Shown: positions 1-8,271, numbered from the stretch's first letter. The stretch: 45,687 nt of DNA from Gammaproteobacteria bacterium (GCA_050122055.1 JASFJM010000001.1:1-45687), one strand, 5' to 3'. Notes: a model not told the origin generated them from the sequence alone. Numbers and translations are program-made.

Positions 1-1875
1 CCGTTGCGCCAGGGCAGCGTCGGCGAAGGCCTCGTAACCGTCGCTGATCAGATCCTGGAGCAGCGGGTGTTCCGGATAGGACGTCTGGATGAGCACTTCG
101 CCGGGGCGGTCGGCGCGCCCGGCGCGTCCGGCCACCTGCAGGATGGTCTGGGCCAGACGCTCGTCGCTGCGGAAATCGGTGCCGAACAGCCCCTGATCGG
201 CGTTGAGTACGCCCACCAGGGTCACGCCTGGAAAATCGTGACCCTTGGTCAGCATCTGGGTGCCGACCAGGATCCGGGTACGGCCGGCACGCATGTCGGC
301 GAGGATGGCATCCAGGCTGCCCCGGCTGCGGGTGGCGTCGCGGTCGATGCGCGCTACCCGGGACCCTGGGAAATAACGTTTCAATGTCTCCTCGATCCGT
401 TCGGTGCCCTGGCCCAGCGGCTTGAGTTCGCTGTGGCAATCCGGGCAAAGCTCCGGCCGGGCGGATTCGCGGCCGCAATGATGGCAGCACAATCGGGAGG
501 TACGCTGATGCAGGGTCATGCGTGCGTCGCAACGGGGGCATTCGGCAAACCAGCCGCAATCGGTACAGAACAGGACCGGTGCATAGCCGCGTCGATTGAG
601 GAACAGCATCACCTGTCCGTCTGCCTTCAGATGGCGTTCCATGGCGGCGAGCAGCGGCGGGCTGAGACCGTCCCTGGCCGGCATCCGTCTCAGATCGATG
701 ACCTTGAGTTCCGGATGGCGGGCGGCCCCGGGGCGCTCCGGCAGCAGCAGGCTCAGATAGCGGTCGCTGCGGCCGTTCTGCACGGTCTCGAGGGAGGGAG
801 TCGCGGAACCGAGGACCACCGGGACGCCGCTCATCTGTGCCCTGACCACGGCCAGATCCCTGGCGGAATAGCGGAACCCGTCCTGCTGCTTGAGCGACGG
901 ATCGTGTTCCTCGTCGACGATGATCAGTCCACAATCCCGGAGCGGGGCGAAAACGGCGGACCGAGTGCCGATGATCACGGGTGCGACGCCGAGCCGGGCG
1001 TCCCGCCAGGCGGTCAGGCGCTCGGCGTCGCCCATCCCGGAGTGGAGTACCGCGAGCGGGAAATCGAAGCGTTCGCTGAACCGCTCCACGAGCTGGGGGG
1101 TCAATCCGATCTCCGGGACCAGTACCAGGGCCTGGCGTCCGGCCCGGACCACCGATTCGATCACCGACAGATAGACCTCGGTCTTGCCGCTGCCCGTGGC
1201 CCCGTGCAGCAGGATGCCCCGATAGCCGTCCAGGGTCTCGACGATGGCGTCCACGGCGGTCCGCTGGTCATCAGTCAGCGTCGGTCCCGCTCCGACCCGG
1301 GCCCCGGCCCGCGCCTCACCGCTGACCGTCTGCGTGCAGGTCTCGGCGAGACCCCGCTCGGCCAGCCGCCGGAACGCGTCGCGCCAGCCCGACGCCAGAG
1401 CCTCAAGCCTGGGGTCGCCCGCGCTCGCCGGCCCTTGTTTGAGGACCGCCAGCAATTCCGCCTGGCGGGGGGCGCGTCGCGCGAGTTCGCCCGGGTCGAG
1501 CGCCAGCCCGGCGGCGGTGGCCCGGTAAGCGGTCTCTGTGGCGTCCGGGGATCTGCCCCGGCGCAGCAAGCCCGGCAGGGCGGCGGCGCAGACTTCACCG
1601 ATCGGGTGGCCGTAGTAATCGGCGGACCAGGCCAGCAGCCTAAGCAGCGTATCGTCGATCACCGGGGTCGCATCCAGCACCCGGTCCGCGCGCCGGAGCC
1701 GGGCTGCCGACAGGTCACTGTCCGCGGCGGTTTCCATAATCAGACCGATCTTGCCGGCGCGGCCGAACGGCACCCGGATACGAGCGCCTGCCACAGGCGC
1801 CGGCCCGTCGTCGGGCGGCAGGTAATCGAAGACTTTCCGGAGGGGAGCGTTGACGGCTACCCGGACTACCTTCAC
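1..1875 (-). CDS. priA: primosomal replication protein N' (PriA helicase), 3' end beyond window
   Basis: The minus-strand frame is open from the window edge to the GTG at 1873-1875. The N-terminus reads MKVVRVAVNAPLRKVFDYLPPDDGP, the PriA N-terminal pattern. GLIIVDEEHD (rc of 901-930) is the DEAH-type Walker B. A Cys-rich zinc-ribbon block including RLCCHHC lies at rc of about 420-560. The gene is absent from the ORF track because it has no stop in the window; the 4..1920 + ORF is its antisense shadow. Confidence 0.9.
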   Translation of the reverse strand, partial: MKVVRVAVNAPLRKVFDYLPPDDGPAPVAGARIRVPFGRAGKIGLIMETAADSDLSAARLRRADRVLDATPVIDDTLLRLLAWSADYYGHPIGEVCAAALPGLLRRGRSPDATETAYRATAAGLALDPGELARRAPRQAELLAVLKQGPASAGDPRLEALASGWRDAFRRLAERGLAETCTQTVSGEARAGARVGAGPTLTDDQRTAVDAIVETLDGYRGILLHGATGSGKTEVYLSVIESVVRAGRQALVLVPEIGLTPQLVERFSERFDFPLAVLHSGMGDAERLTAWRDARLGVAPVIIGTRSAVFAPLRDCGLIIVDEEHDPSLKQQDGFRYSARDLAVVRAQMSGVPVVLGSATPSLETVQNGRSDRYLSLLLPERPGAARHPELKVIDLRRMPARDGLSPPLLAAMERHLKADGQVMLFLNRRGYAPVLFCTDCGWFAECPRCDARMTLHQRTSRLCCHHCGRESARPELCPDCHSELKPLGQGTERIEETLKRYFPGSRVARIDRDATRSRGSLDAILADMRAGRTRILVGTQMLTKGHDFPGVTLVGVLNADQGLFGTDFRSDERLAQTILQVAGRAGRADRPGEVLIQTSYPEHPLLQDLISDGYEAFADAALAQR

Positions 1876-1897
1876 GGGCTTCAAATCAAGACCCCGT

Positions 1898-1920
1898 TTG
1901 TCCACAGAACCTGTGGATAA
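1898..1920. promoter_or_regulatory. inverted pair of DnaA-box-like 9-mers upstream of priA
   Basis: TTGTCCACA (1898-1906) matches the TTATCCACA consensus at 8/9. TGTGGATAA (1912-1920) is a perfect reverse-orientation box. A 5-nt spacer separates them, and the pair lies 23-45 nt upstream of the priA GTG. Confidence 0.5.
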
Positions 1921-2291
1921 GTCTGTGAATTGCCTGTAGCAGGATCGATTATGTCCGTGCATCCCCGGCGCGGCATTCGGTTTGACCAAAAAATATGCAT
2001 GAAAACTAAAAACTTAATAATTACAGCGTGTTAAGAGCCACTATGGAGAAACGCAGTAAAGTAATATCGATGTCACACTAGCGGACACAGGGTCTTTGTG
2101 TATAACTGTTTCGCCGACGCGGCGCCTGTGGCTGTCAACCCGGGGCTTCCCCGGCCGTTGTAACCTTTGCAGAGAGGAGATTCAACGGCCCTGATGGCGT
2201 CCTTCGGAAGCCTTGAAGCCGGTGACGATGGCGGATTCTCACGGGAGCCCGACCCGCCTGTGGATCAGGACGAGCTGGATGGGAGAAACCG

Positions 2292-2825
2292 CTGGATAAC
2301 ACCGCCGCACTGGATGGATTTCTTCGCAGCGTCGAGGGCAAGGCATACGTCATGGCGAATTCGATGATCGCTGATGCGGACGAGGCTCTGGATGTGGTGC
2401 AGGATGCCATGATCCGGTTCGCCGGCCGGTATGCCAGGCGGCCGGAGTCGGAGTGGCGGCCCCTGTTCTTCCGCATCGTGATCAACCGGGCCCGGGACTG
2501 GCAAAGACGGCAGACCGTCCGCAATCGGGTCATGTTCTGGCGCCGGAACGACGACATGCCGGATCCGGTGGAGACCGCGCCGGCGGGCCGGGGCGCTGAA
2601 CCCGATCGCGAGTTGATGGACGACGAAGCGATGGCCACGCTGCAGGCGGCGATACGGGAACTGCCGGCCCGGCAGCAGCAGACTTTCGTCCTGCGCTGCT
2701 TCGAGGGCCTGAGCGTGGAGGAGACGGCGGCGGCCATGGGCTGTTCGGGCGGTAGCGTAAAGACACATTATTTCAGAGCGCTCGCCGCGCTCCGGAAGCA
2801 GCTGGGGGAGCATTGGGATGGCTGA
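2292..2825 (+). CDS. ECF-type RNA polymerase sigma-70 family factor (start uncertain: CTG 2292 or ATG 2352)
   Basis: Region 2 reads DEALDVVQDAMIRFAGRY...FFRIVINRARDWQRRQ. Region 4 reads LPARQQQTFVLRCFEGLSVEETAAAMGCSGGSVKTHYFRALAALRK. Homology-like sequence (LDGFLRSVEGKAYV) continues upstream of the first ATG (2352). The frame opens after the TGA at 2223-2225 and contains no ATG/GTG/TTG, but the CTG at 2292 is preceded by GGGAGA (2281-2286) at 5-nt spacing. Confidence 0.85.
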   Translation: MDNTAALDGFLRSVEGKAYVMANSMIADADEALDVVQDAMIRFAGRYARRPESEWRPLFFRIVINRARDWQRRQTVRNRVMFWRRNDDMPDPVETAPAGRGAEPDRELMDDEAMATLQAAIRELPARQQQTFVLRCFEGLSVEETAAAMGCSGGSVKTHYFRALAALRKQLGEHWDG

Positions 2826-3192
2826 GAAAGACGATCGCAGCCTGGAAGAGGGGGCCGAACGGCTCTACCGGCAGCAACTGGACGCCCTGGAGCCGGATGT
2901 GCGCAGGCGTCTGGCCGATGCTCGCCGGCAGGCCCTGGCCGCGGCGCAGACAGGTTCGAAGCCGCGGTTGCCTCTGCCGGTCCTGATCCCCGCGGGTGCG
3001 GCGGCCGCGGTGGTGGCCGGTCTGGTGATCGTGCTCGGTCGGCAGCCGGGGCCGGAGGGCGGTTACGACCCGCTGGTGGCGGCTGACCCGCCGGTGGAGG
3101 ACATGGAGATCTTGCTCGGCAACGAAGACCTGGAGCTGCTGGATGATCTGGACTTTTATCTCTGGCTGGATGACGAGCCGGAGATAGGTTGA
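2818..3192 (+). CDS. single-pass membrane protein, putative anti-sigma factor (DUF3619-like)
   Basis: Its ATG overlaps the sigma stop (ATGGCTGA). It has a charged N-terminal cytoplasmic segment, one TM helix (LPLPVLIPAGAAAAVVAGLVIVLG) and an acidic C-terminal tail (EDMEILLGNEDLELLDDLDFYLWLDDEPE). Its position directly after an ECF sigma gene supports the call. Confidence 0.6.
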   Translation: MAEKDDRSLEEGAERLYRQQLDALEPDVRRRLADARRQALAAAQTGSKPRLPLPVLIPAGAAAAVVAGLVIVLGRQPGPEGGYDPLVAADPPVEDMEILLGNEDLELLDDLDFYLWLDDEPEIG

Positions 3193-3196
3193 GACC

Positions 3197-3430
3197 GTGG
3201 CAGCAGGCTGGCGGACGAGATTGAGTTGTCTGGCCCTGGGGCTCGTGGCCATGGTCACGGTGCCGGCGGCCGAGGGACCGCCGCCGGATGAAGAATTGCT
3301 CGAGTTCCTGGGGCTCTGGGAGCCCCGGGACGAGGACTGGCTCGGTGCGGCCCTGGCGGAGACCGGGACCGACAGCGGGGACGATGAGGCCGTCCCCGAA
3401 ACGACGGAGATCGACCAAGATGAAGACTAG
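3197..3430 (+). CDS. small secreted acidic protein (hypothetical)
   Basis: A GTG start lies 4 nt after the previous stop. The signal-like N-terminus reads LSCLALGLVAMVTVPAAEG, followed by a strongly acidic mature part (DEELLEFLGLWEPRDEDWL...). Its 3' end overlaps the next gene by 11 nt. Confidence 0.45.
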   Translation: MAAGWRTRLSCLALGLVAMVTVPAAEGPPPDEELLEFLGLWEPRDEDWLGAALAETGTDSGDDEAVPETTEIDQDED

Positions 3431-3929
3431 ACCGTGGTTGATGGCGCTGCTGGCGGCGGCAAGTCTGATGACATGCCCGGCCTGGGCCCAGCCCTGGGAG
3501 GAGTTGAACCCGGTCCAGCAGGAAGTGCTGCAGGGCTTGCGTGATCGATGGGACACCCTGCCGATCGAGCGCCAGCAGCGCCTGGCCGCAGGTGCCGAGC
3601 GCTGGTCGAGCATGGACGATGCCCAGAAAGAGCAGGCCCGCGAGCGATTCCGCCGCTGGCGCAACCTGGATCCGGAACAGCGGCAGCGGATCCGGGACCG
3701 CTACCGGGATTTCAAATCCATGCCGCCGGCCGAGCAGGACCGCATTCGAGAGAACTTCCGCCGTTTCCGGGAAATGTCTCCGGAGCAGCGCCAGCGGCTG
3801 AGGGACCGTTGGCAGGATCTGACGCCGGAGCAGCGTGACCGGGTCCGTGAACGTTTGCGCGACATGACGCCGGCACAGCGCCAGCGCGTGATCGAACGGA
3901 TGAGGAACAGGCCGGCCGGGGGCGGTTGA
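3420..3929 (+). CDS. periplasmic repeat protein (DUF3106-like; eight LTXXQ-like repeats)
   Basis: The internal ATG at 3420 gives MKTRPWLMALLAAASLMTCPAWAQ, a signal peptide. Eight tandem 14-19 aa repeats of the type [DST]PEQRQR[LIV]R[DE]R[WYF] follow. The track ORF start at 3288 is upstream of the signal peptide and overlaps the previous gene. Confidence 0.75.
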   Translation: MKTRPWLMALLAAASLMTCPAWAQPWEELNPVQQEVLQGLRDRWDTLPIERQQRLAAGAERWSSMDDAQKEQARERFRRWRNLDPEQRQRIRDRYRDFKSMPPAEQDRIRENFRRFREMSPEQRQRLRDRWQDLTPEQRDRVRERLRDMTPAQRQRVIERMRNRPAGGG

Positions 3930-4063
3930 GCCGCCCGCCGGGCCGATGAGCGTGGCGACCGGGAGAAGGGCGGCCTGCGCCAGCCCGAGGGCGCCGGCAC
4001 CAGAGAAATCCGGGTCGGCGCCGGATTCCAAAATTCACGACATTGGCCTGGAGGCGCCGTTCT

Positions 4064-5458
4064 TCAGAGGGCCTTGAGCACTGCGTCGAGACTGTCCTTG
4101 GCATCGCCGAACAGCATCCGCGTGTTTTCCTTGAAGAACAGGGGATTGCCGACGCCGGCGTAGCCGGTGGCCATGCTGCGTTTCAGCACGATAGTCGTGC
4201 CACCCTTCCAGACTTCGAGCACCGGCATGCCCGCGATCGGACTGTCGGGCTTCTCCTGTGCGTCCGGGTTGACGATGTCGTTGGCGCCGATGACCACGGA
4301 GACGTCCACGTCCGGGAAATCCTCATTGACCTCGTCCATCTCGAACACGATGTCGTAGGGCACCCTGGCCTCGGCCAGCAGCACGTTCATGTGACCTGGC
4401 ATGCGGCCCGCGACCGGGTGGATGCCGAAACGGACGTTGACGCCTTTCTCGCGCAGCACTTTCGTGATTTCGTAGACGGTGTGCTGGGCCTGTGCGACCG
4501 CCATACCGTAGCCGGGAACGACCATGACTTCCTTCGCGTTGGCGAGCAGTTCCGCCGTCTCCTCCGGCTGGATCGGCACGACCTCGCCTTCGACCTCGCC
4601 GCCGCTGGCCGTCGTGCCGCCGCCGGTGCCGAAACCGCCGGCGATCACCGCGAGGAACCTGCGGTTCATCGCCCGGCACATGATGTAGCTCAGGATGGCG
4701 CCGCTCGAGCCAACCAGGGCGCCGGTGACGATCAGCAGGTCATTACTGAGCATGAAGCCGGTCGCTGACGCGGCCCAGCCCGAATAGCTGTTGAGCATCG
4801 AGACCACCACCGGCATATCGGCGCCGCCGATGGCCATGACCATGTGGATCCCGAAGGCCAGGGCGACCAGCGTCATCAGAAGAAGCGGCCAGGTGCCGCC
4901 GCCCGCTGCCGACTGCTCGACGAATTCGATGCCGAACCAGATCGACGCGAGCAGCAGGCCGAGGTTGAGCCAGTGCCTCGCCGGCAGGATCATCGGCTTG
5001 CCGCCGATCCGGCCGGACAGCTTGCCGAAGGCGATAACCGAGCCGGAGAACGTCACCGCGCCGATCAGCACGCCCAGGTAGGTCTCGATGTCGTGGATGG
5101 TCGCCTCGGCGCCAGTCAACACGGTCGAGTGATCCATGAAGTTCGCGAAGCCGACCAGCACGGCGGCCAGGCCGACCAGGCTGTGCAGGATCGCGACGAG
5201 CTCGGGCATCTGCGTCATCTGTACGCGTCGCGCCAGCACCAGTCCGATGCTGCCGCCGATCAGCAGCGCGATGAATAGCAGGGTGTAATGCTGCGTGACC
5301 ACGCCGAGGATGGTCGCCAGCAGCGCGATGGCCATGCCTGTGATGCCGTACCAGTTGCCGCGGCGAGCGGTCTCCTGGTTCGATAACCCGCCGAGCGCGA
5401 GGATGAAGAGGATGGTCGCGGCGATGTAGGAAGCGGTAACGAGTCCAGCGCTGTTCAT
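4064..5458 (-). CDS. pntB: NAD(P) transhydrogenase subunit beta
   Basis: A 464-aa polytopic N-terminal membrane domain is followed by the C-terminal NADP(H)-binding domain ([14 protein letters not shown]...[20 protein letters not shown]...ANDIVNP). It lies immediately downstream of pntA. Confidence 0.97.
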   Translation of the reverse strand: MNSAGLVTASYIAATILFILALGGLSNQETARRGNWYGITGMAIALLATILGVVTQHYTLLFIALLIGGSIGLVLARRVQMTQMPELVAILHSLVGLAAVLVGFANFMDHSTVLTGAEATIHDIETYLGVLIGAVTFSGSVIAFGKLSGRIGGKPMILPARHWLNLGLLLASIWFGIEFVEQSAAGGGTWPLLLMTLVALAFGIHMVMAIGGADMPVVVSMLNSYSGWAASATGFMLSNDLLIVTGALVGSSGAILSYIMCRAMNRRFLAVIAGGFGTGGGTTASGGEVEGEVVPIQPEETAELLANAKEVMVVPGYGMAVAQAQHTVYEITKVLREKGVNVRFGIHPVAGRMPGHMNVLLAEARVPYDIVFEMDEVNEDFPDVDVSVVIGANDIVNPDAQEKPDSPIAGMPVLEVWKGGTTIVLKRSMATGYAGVGNPLFFKENTRMLFGDAKDSLDAVLKAL

Positions 5459-5465
5459 GTCGACC

Positions 5466-7007
5466 TCACTTCCGGAACATTTCGAGCATGCGCCGAGTGA
5501 CGGCGAAGCCGCCGGCGATATTGATGCTCGTAATCAGGACGGTGAAACCCGCGATCCACATGATCAGGCTGCTCCCGGAGCTGATCTGCAGCAGGGCACC
5601 GATCACGATGATGCTGGAGATCGCGTTGGTCACGCTCATCAGCGGTGTGTGCAGCGCCGGCGTCACGTTCCAGATGACCATGTAGCCGACGAAGCAGGCG
5701 AGCACGAAGACCGTGAAGTGCGCCATGAAGGACGGCGGCGCGACTGCGCCGACGCCGAACAGCGCCAGCCCGCCGAGGGCCATCGCGATGAGCGGACCGG
5801 CCATGGATTTCTTCTCTTCTTCCGGCTCGGCGACGGGCGCGGGCGCCGGCGGCGCCTTGGGCGCGGCCGACAGCTTCGGCGCCGGCGGCGGCCAGGTCGT
5901 CTCGCCGCCGATGCAGATCGTCGCGCCGCGGACCGCCTCGTCCTCCATGTCGACGACGAGCTTGCCGTCCTTCTCGGGGGTCATGTCCGTCAGGAGGTGA
6001 CGCAGATTCGTGCCGTACAGCTGGCTCGATTGGGCGGCGAGGCGACTGGGCAGGTCGGTGTAGCCGATCAGCGTCACGCCATGTTTGACGGCGACCTGGC
6101 CGGGTTCCGTCAGCTCGCAGTTGCCGCCCTGTTCGGCGGCCAGGTCCACGACCACGCTCCCGTCCTTCATCGACTCCACCATCTCTGCCGTGATCAGGCG
6201 CGGTGCGGGTTTGCCGGGGATCAGCGCGGTGGTGATGATGATATCGACGTCCTTCGCCTGTTCAGCGAACAAGGCCATCTCGGCTTCGATGAACTCCTTG
6301 CTCATGACCTTGGCATAGCCGCCTTCGCCTGAGCCGTCCTCGTCCTTGAAGTCGAGCATCAGGAACTCGCCGTCCATGCTCTCGACCTGCTCCTTCACTT
6401 CCGGACGCGTGTCGAATGCGCGGACGATGGCGCCCATGCTCCTGGCTGCACCGATGGCGGCGAGTCCCGCGACACCGGCGCCGATGACCAGGACCTTGGC
6501 CGGGGGGACTTTGCCTGCGGCGGTGATCTGTCCGGTGAAGAAGCGGCCGAAGTGCTGGGCAGCCTCGACCACGGCGCGGTAGCCGGCGATATTGGCCATC
6601 GAACTCAGCGCGTCCATCTTCTGGGCGCGCGAAATCCGCGGCACGCTGTCCATCGCCAGCGCGGTGACGCCGCGCTCGGTCAGTGTCTCGAGAAGATCGG
6701 GATTTTGCGCCGGCCAGATGAAGCTGATCAGCGTCTGCCCGGAGCGGAGCATGCCGAGTTCTTCGCCCTCCGGCGCCCGGACCTTCAGCACGATATCGCA
6801 CTGGTCGTAGACGTCCCTCGTGGCGACGACGATCTCGCAGCCCGCAGCCTGATAAGCGTCATCCGAGAAGCTGGCCTCGGCACCCGCGCCGCTCTGTACG
6901 ACTACGCCGTAGCCGAGTTTCATGAGCTGGGACGCGACTTCCGGCGTCGTCGCAACCCGCCGTTCGCCCGGATGCGACTCCCGGACGATACCGATCGTTA
7001 ACCCCAT
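5466..7007 (-). CDS. pntA: NAD(P) transhydrogenase subunit alpha (fused dI + membrane dII part)
   Basis: The start [23 protein letters not shown] is at ATG 7007, with AGGAGG 6 nt upstream. It has an alanine-dehydrogenase-like NAD-binding fold ([17 protein letters not shown]) and C-terminal TM helices. The track start at 7052 is probably too far upstream. Confidence 0.96.
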   Translation of the reverse strand: MGLTIGIVRESHPGERRVATTPEVASQLMKLGYGVVVQSGAGAEASFSDDAYQAAGCEIVVATRDVYDQCDIVLKVRAPEGEELGMLRSGQTLISFIWPAQNPDLLETLTERGVTALAMDSVPRISRAQKMDALSSMANIAGYRAVVEAAQHFGRFFTGQITAAGKVPPAKVLVIGAGVAGLAAIGAARSMGAIVRAFDTRPEVKEQVESMDGEFLMLDFKDEDGSGEGGYAKVMSKEFIEAEMALFAEQAKDVDIIITTALIPGKPAPRLITAEMVESMKDGSVVVDLAAEQGGNCELTEPGQVAVKHGVTLIGYTDLPSRLAAQSSQLYGTNLRHLLTDMTPEKDGKLVVDMEDEAVRGATICIGGETTWPPPAPKLSAAPKAPPAPAPVAEPEEEKKSMAGPLIAMALGGLALFGVGAVAPPSFMAHFTVFVLACFVGYMVIWNVTPALHTPLMSVTNAISSIIVIGALLQISSGSSLIMWIAGFTVLITSINIAGGFAVTRRMLEMFRK

Positions 7008-7168
7008 GGGATTCCTCCTGCGGGCTTGTTCTTTCGTGTTTGGGCCGGACACAGTTTAGCCCCCTGAGCCGCCGTTACCACCTCGGCATGCATCGTCGTT
7101 TGATTTTCTGCTCCGGTTCTGGAATAAAAGCCCTGGCGAATCGCGCCGGGCCCACTCCCGATGCCAGC

Positions 7169-7801
7169 ATGGAAACCAGCCTGTCCCAACAGATCCTCAG
7201 GACCGACGTGGCCGGCATGCCGCTGGAATGGGTGGATTACCGGGAGGCGGTGCGTCTCTATCACACCGAGCAGGTGGCCTACGAGTGCGGCTCGCCCCTG
7301 ATGCAGGTCCATGGCGGCATCAATGCCGCCAGCGGCCGCCGCTCCATATTGAAGCTCAGCTCGATCATCGCGACCCACGGCACGCCACAGATCGGCATGT
7401 TGCGCCGGAATGACTACGCTCCGCCGCTCAACAACTTCGCCCTGTTCAAACGCGACGCATTCCTGTGTCTGTACTGTGGCGATACCTTCCCCGGTGGCCA
7501 GCTGTCCCGTGACCACGTCACGCCGATTTCCCAGGGCGGCAAGGACGTGTGGACCAACGTCGTCACCGCATGCCGGCGCTGCAATCATTACAAGGCCGGC
7601 CGCACGCCTGAGCAGGCTGCGCTACAGCTGCTGGCGGTGCCGTTCACGCCGACGTACGCGGAGTACATTTACCTCAAGGGACGCCGGGTGCTATCGGATC
7701 AGATGGAGTACCTGCTGGCCCATTTCCCGCGCAGCAGCCCGCTGCACCAGCGCCTGTCCCGATTGTCGGCGGCCGGTGCCGCGCCCCGCTGGAACGCCTA
7801 G
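7169..7801 (+). CDS. HNH endonuclease family protein
   Basis: The HNH/zinc motif reads CLYCGDTF...LSRDHVTPISQGGKDVWTNVVTACRRCNHYKAGRTPE. The start is chosen at METSLSQQ (ATG 7169), because the track start at 7040 overlaps the pntA promoter region. Confidence 0.85.
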   Translation: METSLSQQILRTDVAGMPLEWVDYREAVRLYHTEQVAYECGSPLMQVHGGINAASGRRSILKLSSIIATHGTPQIGMLRRNDYAPPLNNFALFKRDAFLCLYCGDTFPGGQLSRDHVTPISQGGKDVWTNVVTACRRCNHYKAGRTPEQAALQLLAVPFTPTYAEYIYLKGRRVLSDQMEYLLAHFPRSSPLHQRLSRLSAAGAAPRWNA

Positions 7802-7817
7802 GCGCCTCAAAGAAAAG

Positions 7818-7842
7818 AAGCCCCGCCATGTCGGCGGGGCTT
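7818..7842 (-). terminator. rho-independent terminator hairpin (10-bp stem)
   Basis: AAGCCCCGCC-atgtc-GGCGGGGCTT is a perfect 10-bp stem. On the minus strand it is followed by CTTTTCTTTG. It sits between the convergent HNH gene and the small minus-strand ORF. Confidence 0.65.
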
Positions 7843-7850
7843 CCGGATAT

Positions 7851-7866
7851 GCAGCCCGCGGGCTGC
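7851..7866. terminator. perfect 16-nt GC palindrome / hairpin
   Basis: GCAGCCCGCGGGCTGC is fully self-complementary. It lies in the same convergent intergenic gap but has no clear U-tract. Confidence 0.35.
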
Positions 7867-7906
7867 ACCTCCCCCCTCTGGTTCTTTCAGCCCCGGTGGC
7901 CGGCGT

Positions 7907-8044
7907 CTAGCGCGGGTCCAGGGTCGAGCTGGTCTGTGCGGCCGCTTCCACCGTGTCCGCCGCCGATACTCGTTCCACCGCAACCAGGAGCAGCCACAGG
8001 ACCACCAGCAGCGCGGCAAAAAAGGGCGAAAAAGTCTTTGTCAT
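7907..8044 (-). CDS. small hydrophobic protein, 45 aa (hypothetical)
   Basis: The internal ATG gives MTKTFSPFFAALLVVLWLLLVAVERVSA..., one TM helix or signal-like segment. A terminator with a U-tract in this orientation lies downstream at 7818-7842. The SD is weak. Confidence 0.35.
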   Translation of the reverse strand: MTKTFSPFFAALLVVLWLLLVAVERVSAADTVEAAAQTSSTLDPR

Positions 8045-8271
8045 CTCTACGGTTCCCGAACCGATGCGGCGCGCCAAGATGAGGGTGCAGATTCCGTGCC
8101 GGATCCCATAACTGACTAGAATCAATGAGATTAATGCGAAATACCCGAAGCTGGTCAGGCGCGGGTTGTAAACTTCTCCGACATAGTTCCGTGGTTCCGT
8201 CTCAGCTTATGTCAAGGCGTGACCGAACAAGGCCCTGACGGGAGCGGAGCCGGTTAGACGGAGGTAAGGAC

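Noticed and set aside
4-1920. 638-aa plus-strand ORF covering the first 1.9 kb
   Set aside because: The translation is low-complexity and rich in Arg, Gly, Ala and Pro, with no motifs. The opposite strand encodes a clear PriA (DEEHD Walker B, zinc-ribbon cysteines, canonical N-terminus). This is an antisense shadow ORF typical of GC-rich DNA.
1898-2105. Possibility that the DnaA-box / AT-rich region is the chromosomal origin oriC
   Set aside because: Only three boxes are present (one perfect). There is no dnaA, dnaN, gidA or rpmH context and no array of 13-mer-like repeats. I kept it as a DnaA-regulatory candidate rather than calling an origin.
2135-2165. GTCAAC-N16-CGTTGT upstream of the ECF operon as an autoregulated ECF promoter, overlapping the hairpin CCGGGG-CTT-CCCCGG
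   Set aside because: The resemblance to ECF -35/-10 elements (GAAC...CGT) is loose, and the sequence lies about 130 nt from the putative start. It cannot be supported without a TSS or homologous promoters.
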